Source: a virus
Lineage: Duplodnaviria > Caudoviricetes
IMG/VR virus record: IMGVR_UViG_3300038808_000064
Location: 1 to 40,945 of that record
Length of the DNA: 40,945 nt
Reading direction: 5' to 3' (one strand)
Shown: piece after piece, positions 1 through 8,291 of the stretch
Numbering within the stretch: position 1 is the stretch's first letter
Layout: each line of letters opens with the position of its first letter
Translations under genes and position numbers: made by a program
Notes under the pieces: model-generated
What the model was told of the DNA's origin: nothing
Seen by the model: the letters and a program-made list of their open reading frames with translations, nothing else
Databases searched by the model: none

Positions 1-1074
1 TCATTTCTCGTCGGAGAATCGGCCGATGGTGCGGCTGATAGCCCCATCCGCCAGCCCTTCCTGATCCGCTGCGGCGGTATAGATCGCGACTTCGCTGTCG
101 CCCTTCCATCCGCCAACCGCCTTGATCTCCAGTTGCGTCGCCTGGCTCTGAGCCATTCTGCGGCCGATCGCCTTGCGCAAACCGTGCGCGGTGCAATGTG
201 GCAGACCTGCCTCATTGCACCAGTCGCGCATCTTGTTGCCGAAGCCGTCCTTCGTGAAGGTCTTGCCAGCGGCGGTGACAAGAAACGAGCGGAGGCCCAC
301 GCTGTCCATGGCGTCGATCGCGCGGCGCAGATCGGGCGCGATCGGAAGCCATAGGTCGGCCTGGTTCTTGGCCGCCGTAAAGTTGATCTTGCCCCGGACA
401 ACATGGGCCGGCCCGAAAAGCCGAGCATCGCCACGGCGCTGGCCGGTCCAAAGCATGATTTCCAGCGCCAGCCGGGCACGCGTGCCGAGCGGGTGCCGCG
501 ATTTGTATTGCGAGATCTCCTCCTCCGTCCACGTATGGAAGCCTGTCAGCTTGCTCTTGCCGATCGTTGCCGCGTCCTCGACGGGGTTGTGCTCGATCCA
601 TTTCAGCTTCTTGGCATAGGCGAACAGTCGCCGGAGTTCCTTACGCAGTTTCACGGCGGCGACCTGTCCGCCCATCATTCGCTTGCGGGTTTCGTCCCAG
701 CGCTTCTCGGTGCGTGCCAGCAAAATCGCCTCGATATGCTCAAAGCCGAAGTCGGATATGAGGTCATTTGCGAAGTCCTGGCGGAAGCTGTCGATCAGAT
801 ACTTGCGGCGCGCCTGGGTATCCGGCGTTCCGCGCCCTTTGAAGTCACCGGACGCGTAGTAGCGAGACACGAGATCGCCCACGCTGCCCGGCACCGCCTG
901 TCGCACGACGATGAGCGGCCGGTCAGCCAGCAACGCCTGATATTCCTCCTTGAACCCCTTCTCGTCCGGAAGATGCTTCATATAGACCGGCTTGCGTCCG
1001 GCTTTACGGAACCGGGCCCGAAGTTTCCCATGGCGGTCGGGGTTTACCGTTACATTCTTATAGCGGGTCTTCAC
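1..1074 (-). CDS. int: Tyrosine recombinase / phage integrase
   Basis: Catalytic set GQRRGD (R), HGLRK (HxxR), GGW and C-terminal Tyr (VAIYT); 357 aa. Confidence 0.95.
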   Translation of the reverse strand: MKTRYKNVTVNPDRHGKLRARFRKAGRKPVYMKHLPDEKGFKEEYQALLADRPLIVVRQAVPGSVGDLVSRYYASGDFKGRGTPDTQARRKYLIDSFRQDFANDLISDFGFEHIEAILLARTEKRWDETRKRMMGGQVAAVKLRKELRRLFAYAKKLKWIEHNPVEDAATIGKSKLTGFHTWTEEEISQYKSRHPLGTRARLALEIMLWTGQRRGDARLFGPAHVVRGKINFTAAKNQADLWLPIAPDLRRAIDAMDSVGLRSFLVTAAGKTFTKDGFGNKMRDWCNEAGLPHCTAHGLRKAIGRRMAQSQATQLEIKAVGGWKGDSEVAIYTAAADQEGLADGAISRTIGRFSDEK

Positions 1075-1253
1075 TTGGGGAGCAGCCTGTCGAGCGGATT
1101 GGCGCGCGCAACGATCGTCGGTGAATCGCTGGCGTCGATAACCATGTTACCATGCACGTCGATCGCAACGCGAACATGACCGAACCCCGCGTCGCGCGCG
1201 CCCTTCATGGCGCGCGTGACGTCGGTTTTCGTGAAGCGGGCTGGCGCAGTCAC
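1071..1253 (-). CDS. Small basic protein, probable excisionase/recombination directionality factor (60 aa)
   Basis: GTG start overlaps the upstream stop and its own stop overlaps the int start; ARFTKTDVTRAMKGARDAG N-terminus; function inferred from position. Confidence 0.6.
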   Translation of the reverse strand: MTAPARFTKTDVTRAMKGARDAGFGHVRVAIDVHGNMVIDASDSPTIVARANPLDRLLPK

Positions 1254-1726
1254 TCGGCGGTCCTCCCGCGTTCCCACAGGTTGTATTCGTGCGCGAGCCA
1301 GATATGCGGCCCCGACCCGGCCGCAACCGGCTGATGGTGCCACGCCAACGCCTCCGCCAGTTCCGCTTGAACGCGCAGCTGGCGTTGATCGGGGTTGTTG
1401 CGGGCCATTTGGCGCGCGCGATGGGCGACGACGGCCGTCTCTTCGCGCATCTCTTCCCATCCGGTGGCGAACGACTCCGACCAGTCGGACGGGTCGGGCA
1501 ACGGGGCGGCGTCGATGACCAGGCGCCAGAGCTTCGCAACGCCGGCCATGATGCGCAGGCCGCGATCGGCCGCATCCTGGGTCATCTTCTTCTCTTCGAC
1601 CGCTTTGGGATAGCCCACCTCACGCTGCTTCAACAGGTTGACGGCCGTCGTCGCGATGTCCGCCAGATCGGCGCGGCGGGACGGAAAGCCGGCGTCGCTG
1701 ACCAAGGTCATGGGGCCGGATTTCAT
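1250..1726 (-). CDS. Hypothetical phage protein (158 aa)
   Basis: ATG at 1726 overlaps the previous stop (ATGA); helical sequence with REVGYPKAVEEKKMTQDAADR. Confidence 0.7.
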   Translation of the reverse strand: MKSGPMTLVSDAGFPSRRADLADIATTAVNLLKQREVGYPKAVEEKKMTQDAADRGLRIMAGVAKLWRLVIDAAPLPDPSDWSESFATGWEEMREETAVVAHRARQMARNNPDQRQLRVQAELAEALAWHHQPVAAGSGPHIWLAHEYNLWERGRTAE

Positions 1727-1908
1727 GTCCGCCTCCGGATGCTGCCGATCCGTGCCGTCGCCTGCTGAACGACGGCACGGCGGCCTTGCCGTAACAGAGC
1801 CTTCCCCGCGTGAGATACGATCGGCTCGAACGCCCGCGTTACCACCGCTTCGACCGCCTTGCTGGCGATCCAGCCGACGAGTTGCGCGGCGGGGTCCTGG
1901 GATGTCAT
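1723..1908 (-). CDS. Hypothetical basic protein (61 aa)
   Basis: ATGA overlaps at both ends; GAGGTGG RBS upstream. Confidence 0.6.
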   Translation of the reverse strand: MTSQDPAAQLVGWIASKAVEAVVTRAFEPIVSHAGKALLRQGRRAVVQQATARIGSIRRRT

Positions 1909-3890
1909 GCCGCCACCTCTTCGAAAGGAGCGACACAGAGGTCGGGACGGTTTGCGCGGACCAAAGCTTCTGCCATGTCCGGGCAGACGCTGTTGCCGAT
2001 CATCCGGATTGATGCGCTAATGGACAGCGGCTTGCCGGCAGGGCCGATCGGATCGAGGATGTAGTCGCGCGGGAAGCCCTGCGCGTTCGCCAGTTCGCGG
2101 CGGGTAAGCATCCGCATCCCGATGTCGACCACGACACAGGTGATCGCGTCGATCGTGACCGTGACGACGGCAAACCGCGGTAGCGTCGTGATCGTGCCGA
2201 TCGGCCGGTCGACCGACTGCGCCTGGGCTTCGCTCGACCCGTAATATTTGATCAGGAAGGCCGCGACGCGGACCGCCCCTTCCAACTGTTCCGGTGGCAG
2301 AGCATCAGCCTCGATCATCGTCGTCTGGACAAGACGTTGATGCGCGCCCGCTGTCGTGATGGTCGAAACCGGCTTTTCGATCGGATGCCCGATCCGGCCC
2401 GTGTTCGCCTGCTCCATGTGCGCGCAAACGACGGCGTGATGTTGACCCTCCGCCGTTACCGTCTTCGTCGGCTCTTCCGGATTGCCCTGCCCGCCATTCG
2501 TGTTCGAGCTGTAGAAATGGGAGAGGAAGGCCGTGACCGCGCCGTGGCGCGGGGCGCCCGCCATGACGGTGTCGAGCGGAGCATCGGCGGGGCGGCCTCG
2601 GCTATTCTGACCGAACTTCTCCAGATGACCGACCACGACGGCATGCTTGCCGCCACCCGCGACGATCGTGCCCAGCGGTGCCTCAACATCGAGGGCGCGT
2701 GGCTGCTGTCCGGTCCGCTCGCCATAGCCCATCTGGACCATCGTCGCGGCGGCGATGCCAAGCGGCGTTGCCCCGGCCGGGCGCGCGCTGGCCCCGTTGG
2801 CGGTGACGGTCGGCATAGGAGTTGAGGCATCCGATCCGACCGATCCCGTCCGAAACTTGGTGACGTGGGGTGCCAGCGTCACCGTCGCGCGCGCGAATTC
2901 GCCACCGTTGGCGGTCGTGATCGTCCGCATCGGATCGGCTGGATCATGAACGCGCGTCGGATCGGTCGTATGTGTGATCGGGACGATCGCGGCGTCGACC
3001 ATCGCAAATTCATTGGATGCCGGTTGCGTGCCGAGCGGGTCTGAAATCGGGTGTGTACGATGCCGACCATCGTCGCCGTGCGACGCCCGCACGATGAACG
3101 GCTTTGCCGCATTGACGACATAGCGCATCGTCCCGTGCGCGATCCGGCGCAGGGTTGCGTCCTTCAATGGGCGCTTGCGGCTGAAGATCGACGGGCACGG
3201 GATCGTCCAGTCGATGCATTCGGCAGCCGTCCGCCATGGCAGGCGCTTGCCCGCCAACACCTCGGGGGAACCGGGCTTGCCGTGTGTCGGTTCCGGCCAG
3301 ACGATCGGCTGTCCATCGCGGCGAGCGATCAGATAGAGCCGCTTGCGGCTGGTCGGGGCGCCATAGTCGCACGCGCGTAGCTCGCGATACTGGAGCTTGT
3401 AGCCCAGCCACTTGAGGCGACGGCACCACAGGTCGAATTCTTCGCCCTGGCGTTCCTTGATCGGGCGGCCGTCTTCGTCGAGCGGGCCCCACTGGCGGAA
3501 CTCTTCGACATTCTCCAGCATGATGACCTGCGGCGCGCCGGAGCCGTCCGGCGTCGCTTTCAGCAGGCGTTCGGCCCAGTGCACGACCACCCAGGCGAGG
3601 TCTCGGATGTTCTTCTCGCGCGGCTTGCCGCCCTTCGCCTTGGAATGGTGTTTGCAGTCGGGGCTGAACCAGACCAGCGCGACCGGAGCGCCGCCCGTCG
3701 CGTCAAGCGGATCGACGGCAAGGATCGACTGGCAATAGTGTTTCGTGCCCGGATGGTTCGCGAGATGCATCGCGACCGCTTCGGGATCATGGTTGATCGC
3801 GACGTCGATCGGACGGCCGATGGCGCGTTCGATCCCGGTGGAGGCCCCGCCCCCGCCCGCAAAGTTGTCGATGACGAGCGGGCGGATCAT
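1905..3890 (-). CDS. DNA (cytosine-5) methyltransferase, phage type with long repeated variable region (661 aa)
   Basis: Motif I DNFAGGGG, motif IV SPDC, motif VI ENV, motif VIII PTSRKRLY, motifs IX-X RELANAQGFP...IGNSV; start reassigned to ATG 3890 (ATGA overlap). Confidence 0.93.
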   Translation of the reverse strand: MIRPLVIDNFAGGGGASTGIERAIGRPIDVAINHDPEAVAMHLANHPGTKHYCQSILAVDPLDATGGAPVALVWFSPDCKHHSKAKGGKPREKNIRDLAWVVVHWAERLLKATPDGSGAPQVIMLENVEEFRQWGPLDEDGRPIKERQGEEFDLWCRRLKWLGYKLQYRELRACDYGAPTSRKRLYLIARRDGQPIVWPEPTHGKPGSPEVLAGKRLPWRTAAECIDWTIPCPSIFSRKRPLKDATLRRIAHGTMRYVVNAAKPFIVRASHGDDGRHRTHPISDPLGTQPASNEFAMVDAAIVPITHTTDPTRVHDPADPMRTITTANGGEFARATVTLAPHVTKFRTGSVGSDASTPMPTVTANGASARPAGATPLGIAAATMVQMGYGERTGQQPRALDVEAPLGTIVAGGGKHAVVVGHLEKFGQNSRGRPADAPLDTVMAGAPRHGAVTAFLSHFYSSNTNGGQGNPEEPTKTVTAEGQHHAVVCAHMEQANTGRIGHPIEKPVSTITTAGAHQRLVQTTMIEADALPPEQLEGAVRVAAFLIKYYGSSEAQAQSVDRPIGTITTLPRFAVVTVTIDAITCVVVDIGMRMLTRRELANAQGFPRDYILDPIGPAGKPLSISASIRMIGNSVCPDMAEALVRANRPDLCVAPFEEVAA

Positions 3891-4090
3891 AGAGTTTTCC
3901 CCGAAAGCCGGTAGGCGACGATGTCGCACCCCTCCCCGGGTTTAGCCGCTCCTATCGAAATCCAGCTGTCCCACGGAACGTCGCTGGCGAGAATCGCGTG
4001 ATCAACGCGGCCGTCGTCTGCCTTAGTATCCACCAGGCTGGTAAGATCGACAGGGCAGTCCCCGCCCGACCATTCAATCCATTCGGCCAC
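3887..4090 (-). CDS. Small phage protein with WIEWxGGxCPV motif (67 aa)
   Basis: GGAGG RBS before GTG; WIEWSGGDCPV...DIVAYRL pattern typical of phage accessory domains. Confidence 0.7.
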   Translation of the reverse strand: MAEWIEWSGGDCPVDLTSLVDTKADDGRVDHAILASDVPWDSWISIGAAKPGEGCDIVAYRLSGKTL

Positions 4091-4092
4091 GT

Positions 4093-4566
4093 TCAATCCT
4101 CCCCGCAACCGCGACCGACCAGCTCGCCCTGCGCGCCTCCGGTAAAGTCTTGCCAATGCTTCCAGCCGTTGGGGCAGTGGAAACCCCATTCGCGGACCTT
4201 GGGCCCCGTCATGAACAACGAGACCGCGCGCTCGCCTGGCAGGATTTCCAGCCGGTGCGCGGCGTCCGCGCCGCGCTCACCGATCCAGCCAGCTTCTCGC
4301 AAGAAACTGCCGTCCGGCGTGTGCTCGACATACCGGCCAGCGAGCAGGTACGACGTGTTTGGCCACGGGTGATCGTGGAGCGCGCGATCGTCGTCGCTGC
4401 GCAGGATCTCGTGCAGATAGAGGTTGAGGCTCGCGTTGCGAGGCACGATCCACCAGCGCCGGAGGTAGGGCTTTTCCGGTTCACCAATCACGAAGTCGGG
4501 CGCACGGGACATTTGCGCGGCGGCCCATGCGGCCATCGCGTCGAGCGAAGCATAGCTCTGGAGCAT
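4093..4566 (-). CDS. Cupin-fold (DSBH) metal-binding protein (157 aa)
   Basis: LHDHPW HxH motif, distal His (AAHRL), SLFMTGP..REWGF; TGATG coupling. Confidence 0.75.
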   Translation of the reverse strand: MLQSYASLDAMAAWAAAQMSRAPDFVIGEPEKPYLRRWWIVPRNASLNLYLHEILRSDDDRALHDHPWPNTSYLLAGRYVEHTPDGSFLREAGWIGERGADAAHRLEILPGERAVSLFMTGPKVREWGFHCPNGWKHWQDFTGGAQGELVGRGCGED

Positions 4567-5321
4567 CACGACCTCGCGGAGAATAGGGAGAGGATCGACC
4601 GCTGGCTTTCGCCAGCCGGTTCGGGCGCGGGCGGCGACGGTGCGACGCGGGCGGGGACGTTCGGGCCGTGCCACTGCTCGTCGTTCGTATCGAGAGCCCA
4701 GGCGCGTTCGTAGCCATGCTCCTTTGCCCAGGCGGTGAAGGTCGCGTTCAGCCGGTCGATCAGCTGTTGCGCTGCATCCTCTTCCCACCAGAGCGGGCCG
4801 CTTTCCCCGCCATCCCCGAGGTTCTGGCCATTGGCGGCGTCGAAGGCGTCCGCGATCGCGCCCTTCTCCTGCACCATGTCCATGTCGAAGATGGCGAGGT
4901 CGTGCTGCACCGGTCGGCCGGTGGCGATCCAGAAGCCTTCGTCCGTCTTGGCACGCGCTGCGGTGGCGGCGGCTTCGCGACTGCCATGCGGCCCGAACCA
5001 CGCCTCTGCATCGTGCAGATCTCGGACCATGCTGTAGTAATAGGAATGGCCGGTGAAGCCGCCATCGGGGATAGGCTCCAAGTCCAAGTCGCGGCGGGCC
5101 GTCGAAATCGAGATGAACGTGTGTCCGGCACCGAAGCGATGGACCAGTTGCTGAAGACCCTCCGTCGTCAGATACAGATCGTTACGCGCCAGAGCGGCAA
5201 CCGTGCCGGCGCGCGCTATCTCGCTCCCGTCAACGATATTGGTGCAGCCATAGTGCTTGGCGAAGCGATCGGCGTGGAAGGTCTTGCCGGTCGCGGGCGG
5301 GCCATAGATGATGACGGCCAT
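4566..5321 (-). CDS. P-loop NTPase/kinase-like N-terminal domain protein (251 aa)
   Basis: N-terminal VIIYGPPATGKT Walker A in an NMP-kinase-like position; TGATG coupling. Confidence 0.75.
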   Translation of the reverse strand: MAVIIYGPPATGKTFHADRFAKHYGCTNIVDGSEIARAGTVAALARNDLYLTTEGLQQLVHRFGAGHTFISISTARRDLDLEPIPDGGFTGHSYYYSMVRDLHDAEAWFGPHGSREAAATAARAKTDEGFWIATGRPVQHDLAIFDMDMVQEKGAIADAFDAANGQNLGDGGESGPLWWEEDAAQQLIDRLNATFTAWAKEHGYERAWALDTNDEQWHGPNVPARVAPSPPAPEPAGESQRSILSLFSARS

Positions 5322-5617
5322 CAGATCCGTCCCGCCAGATAGGCGCGTGCTACCGCGAACAGGACGTAAAAGACGAACGCATTGGCAACGAGCAGGATGA
5401 GCGTGAGCGTTCGATCGCGGCGGCGGCGTTCGCACGTCGCGGGCGGCGTGATGCCGCACGCGCGCCAGCGCTGAACAGTGGCAGCGATATCGCGCGAAGC
5501 CGGCGGGAGGATTGGCTGGCCGATCGTCGCTGTCGGCTCGTGTCCCAGCCCGGTCATGAATTCGTAGAGCGAGGCGTCAGTGCCTTCGCCATCGTGATGA
5601 TGCGGTTGGATGCGCAT
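5321..5617 (-). CDS. First pL gene; hypothetical protein with C-terminal transmembrane helix (98 aa)
   Basis: GGAG RBS; RRRRDR followed by TLTLILLVANAFVFYVLFAVA. Confidence 0.65.
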   Translation of the reverse strand: MRIQPHHHDGEGTDASLYEFMTGLGHEPTATIGQPILPPASRDIAATVQRWRACGITPPATCERRRRDRTLTLILLVANAFVFYVLFAVARAYLAGRI

Positions 5618-5653
5618 GGGGTGCTCCAGCGGGCGGAATGTCCGCGTGCCCCT

Positions 5654-5707
5654 AAAATGCCATTTCGGCATTTTTCGTCAACGGTTAAATTGCCATTCTG
5701 GCATTTT
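5654..5707 (-). promoter_or_regulatory. oL/pL: two operators and leftward promoter
   Basis: AAAATGCC-ATTTC-GGCATTTT (5654-5674) and AAATTGCC-ATTCT-GGCATTTT (5687-5707); minus-strand TTGACG-N16-CATTTT overlaps the first. Confidence 0.8.
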
Positions 5708-5720
5708 ACGATTTAGTGTA

Positions 5721-5749
5721 TTGATCCTGTTCTGTATTTGTTCCAGCTT
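5721..5749 (+). promoter_or_regulatory. Alphaproteobacterial LexA (SOS) box inside a putative sigma70 promoter
   Basis: GTTC-TGTATTT-GTTC at 5729-5743, an exact GTTC-N7-GTTC, between TTGATC (5721) and CAGCTT (5744) with a 17-nt spacer. Confidence 0.8.
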
Positions 5750-5773
5750 TGCCGGGTCAGGGTGAGTGGATCG

Positions 5774-6013
5774 ATGGGTCGAATCGTTGTTCATTGGTAT
5801 CGGGCAATGTGTTTTGGAAGGCCGATCGGGCCTTGGCGGCAGGGGATATCCGCAGCCCGCGCCGATCTCGTATCGGCTAAGCTGGGCTCTTACGAACCAG
5901 ACGGTTTCTTCATTACGGTGCCTGGAGCGTTGCAGTGCCAATCCGCCTGGATGGACTTCGACGAGGCGATCAGCGCTCGCGCATCAGCGACACAACGCGG
6001 CCTAGCACGGTAA
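5774..6013 (+). CDS. Small putative SOS-inducible protein convergent on cI (79 aa)
   Basis: ATG after GAGTGGA, 30 nt downstream of the LexA box; 3' end overlaps the cI 3' end by 44 nt. Confidence 0.65.
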   Translation: MGRIVVHWYRAMCFGRPIGPWRQGISAARADLVSAKLGSYEPDGFFITVPGALQCQSAWMDFDEAISARASATQRGLAR

Positions 6014-6545
6014 AGGCCTGACCATCGCCGATCAGGATCGTCGAATGGATGGGGTTCGTCGATCGCGGCACCAGGCGAAGGGGGTCGGCTTCGAATTGCT
6101 TGAACGTCGCCTCCCCATCGCCGTTGAGAACGACGAATAAGCGGCCGGGAAACAGCGCCTTGTCGTCCAGATCAACGATGACATAGCCTCCGTCCTCTAT
6201 CTCCAAGTCCATGCTATCCCCCTGCACTTGCAGGACGATCGCGTTGGGTGATGCCGTTGCGGCGCGCACGGGCATATGACCCAAAGGCTGCTCGATAGCC
6301 TCTCGCCACGCCCCCGCTGCGACTTGCCCGATGATCGGAAGCATCCGGACTTCACCGCCCTGTAACGGCGCGGTCTTGGCCTGACCTAGCCATGCTTCGA
6401 TCTTGCGCATTTCGTCCAACTTGAAAGCGCGCTTGCCCGTCAGCCGCTTGTTCACGGCGGTCGGGTCGATCCCGATCAGGTTCGCGAGGTCGGCTTGCGT
6501 GAACCCCCGTTCCTTCATCAGCTTGCGGATTTCAGCGTTTTCCAT
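5970..6545 (-). CDS. cI: CI-like repressor, XRE HTH plus S24 peptidase (191 aa)
   Basis: HTH TQADLANLIGIDPTAVNKRLTG; VAAG Ala-Gly cleavage site; GDSM Ser and TFKQ Lys; start could be ATG 6569. Confidence 0.93.
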   Translation of the reverse strand: MENAEIRKLMKERGFTQADLANLIGIDPTAVNKRLTGKRAFKLDEMRKIEAWLGQAKTAPLQGGEVRMLPIIGQVAAGAWREAIEQPLGHMPVRAATASPNAIVLQVQGDSMDLEIEDGGYVIVDLDDKALFPGRLFVVLNGDGEATFKQFEADPLRLVPRSTNPIHSTILIGDGQAFTVLGRVVSLMRER

Positions 6546-6567
6546 GCCAACACCGGTCGCGGAAAAC

Positions 6568-6634
6568 ATGCCGATATGGCAAATGCCGTTTTGGCATTTT
6601 TCACCTTGCGCATAAAATGCCATTTTGGCATGTT
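6568..6634. promoter_or_regulatory. oR: three operators and rightward promoter pR
   Basis: ATGCC-GATAT-GGCA (6568-6581), AAATGCC-GTTTT-GGCATTT (6581-6599), ATGCC-ATTTT-GGCAT (6617-6631); TTGCGC-N17-CATGTT (6606-6634). Confidence 0.85.
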
Positions 6635-6641
6635 TGGCGAC

Positions 6642-6920
6642 ATGGACGCTTTCGCCAATGATCTGATCGACGCGCTCGGAGGTACGACCGCGACCGCCAA
6701 CCTCGCTCATACGGGGGTTTCGACCGTGCACAATTGGCGGAGAAACGGTCTTTCCGCTTCTCGGCTGGATCACCTGCACCGCATTGCGCAAAGCCTGTCT
6801 CCTTCGGTCGATGTAGCCACGCTGGCGGAAAAGCACGGTGTTGTGCTCCCGTGTATCCAGCCGGAGCCGGCGCCGTCATCCGGAAAGATCGACAAAATTT
6901 CCGCCCCGGTGCTGGCATGA
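6642..6920 (+). CDS. cro: Cro-like HTH protein (92 aa)
   Basis: Divergent from cI; LIDALGGTTATANLAHTGVSTVHNWRRNG is a Cro-type HTH. Confidence 0.8.
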   Translation: MDAFANDLIDALGGTTATANLAHTGVSTVHNWRRNGLSASRLDHLHRIAQSLSPSVDVATLAEKHGVVLPCIQPEPAPSSGKIDKISAPVLA

Positions 6921-7396
6921 AGCCTGAGCATCTGCACCTTAAGGCTGCCGCTGGCGACCTGATCAAGGGCGTTGGTGGCGTCGAGTACGCGGCGACCGTC
7001 TGTCGGGTCGGCAAGAGCACGCTGTCGGATGCGCAGAACCCCGGCAAGCCCGACAACTTTCTAGCGATCGACGTCGTGTTCGATTTGGAGCCGCTGGCTC
7101 GTGAGCGCAGCGGATGGCCGCACGTCACGCGGGCGCTGTGTGCCGCGAACGGCGGCATGTTCGTGCCTTTGCCCGAAGCGCCGGTCACGCGCGAAGACCT
7201 GCTGATGCTCTTGGCGCGCAAGGCCCGTGAGAGCGGGGACCTGACCGAGGCGGCCATCGCCTGCTGTTCGTCCGTCGATGACAATCCGGCCGAACGCCGG
7301 AGCGCAGCGGGGCGCGCGATCAAGGAACTGGATGAGGTGGTCGCGGTCGCGCTGGAGATGCGCGCCGCGCTGAAGTCGATCGAGGGAGAGAATTGA
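6917..7396 (+). CDS. CII-like phage regulatory protein (159 aa)
   Basis: ATGA-coupled to cro; HTH GGVEYAATVCRVGKSTLS; ARKARESGDL...IKELDE helical C-terminus. Confidence 0.7.
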   Translation: MKPEHLHLKAAAGDLIKGVGGVEYAATVCRVGKSTLSDAQNPGKPDNFLAIDVVFDLEPLARERSGWPHVTRALCAANGGMFVPLPEAPVTREDLLMLLARKARESGDLTEAAIACCSSVDDNPAERRSAAGRAIKELDEVVAVALEMRAALKSIEGEN

Positions 7397-7671
7397 TGCG
7401 TAGCAAGCTCAACCTGACCGTTCGTCCGCCGCATGAGGCCGCGCGCCGCATCGCCCATTGGGTCATGACGCTGCCCGGCGGGCTGGACGAAGCCGCTGAA
7501 GCGCTGGCCATCCCGACCGACTGGGTCCAGCGCATGGTCGCGGACGAGATGGTGCCGGGCCTCGACGCAGGTGCGCGCTTGCACAAGCTTGTCGGCATCA
7601 CCGCGCGGATGTTTCGTGCCCCCGCACGGGGCGGCTGCTTCGATCGCGTACCCTTCGCGCAGGCGGCCTGA
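7396..7671 (+). CDS. Hypothetical HTH-like protein (91 aa)
   Basis: GGGAG RBS and TGATG coupling; LDEAAEALAIPTDWVQRMVADEMVPG resembles an XRE HTH. Confidence 0.65.
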   Translation: MRSKLNLTVRPPHEAARRIAHWVMTLPGGLDEAAEALAIPTDWVQRMVADEMVPGLDAGARLHKLVGITARMFRAPARGGCFDRVPFAQAA

Positions 7672-8291
7672 TGCTGATGTCCGAGATCGCATGCGGGCCT
7701 CCCGCCGCGTGCGACGGCGCGGGGGAGGCTTCTCCCTCCTCCCCCGCGCCGCTTATGGTGGATGAGGTGCCCGGCATCGTCGCTCCGCGCGAGCGGATTG
7801 CGGCCTGGCTGACCATTGCGCAGGCGGGGGACGAGTTTGTCTATGCCAGCCGGATGAACCGGTTGCCCGCGAAATCGCCGGGCGCGGAGGTGGTGCGGGG
7901 GCTGGTTCGGAACGGCATGGTGTTCGCCTATCAGCGGCCCATCCCCGGCCGGTCCGAGCGGAATTACTGCATCAAGCGGTCGAGCAAGCCGTTGACCCCG
8001 CCCGCGCCCGTGCGGCCGCGTCTGAGCGCGGTGGTCGAGAGCATAGCGGACGATGAGGTCGACACGGTCAACGCGGTGATGGCGCAGTTGTCCCGCGCGG
8101 CCCGGTTCCGGCTCCCCTGCCCCACCGATGCGCAGATCGCGCAGCGGGCGGGCATCGCGACGGACCGGGTGCCGGCGATTCTGCAGATGATGACGGCTGC
8201 GGCGATGATCCGGGTCCATGCGGCCCCGGCCCCCACGCTGCGCTTCGTGACGATCGTGGATACTAATGAGCGAACAGGGGTAGCTGTATGA
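7671..8291 (+). CDS. Hypothetical protein with C-terminal winged-helix-like domain; true start may be ATG 7755
   Basis: PCPTDAQIAQRAGIATDRVPAILQMM resembles a LexA-type wHTH; ATGA-coupled to the clamp gene. Confidence 0.65.
   Translation: MLMSEIACGPPAACDGAGEASPSSPAPLMVDEVPGIVAPRERIAAWLTIAQAGDEFVYASRMNRLPAKSPGAEVVRGLVRNGMVFAYQRPIPGRSERNYCIKRSSKPLTPPAPVRPRLSAVVESIADDEVDTVNAVMAQLSRAARFRLPCPTDAQIAQRAGIATDRVPAILQMMTAAAMIRVHAAPAPTLRFVTIVDTNERTGVAV
7687..7750 (+). ncRNA. Candidate cuckoo-like double hairpin with CUCCC loops
   Basis: 10-bp stem (7687-7714, loop GCCTCCCG) and perfect 13-bp stem (7716-7750, loop CTTCTCCCT); CCTCCTCCC at 7735-7743. Confidence 0.4.

Noticed and set aside
5970-6836. 288-aa version of the repressor in the ORF track
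   Set aside because: The extension runs through the operators and antisense to cro; the HTH starts just after ATG 6545
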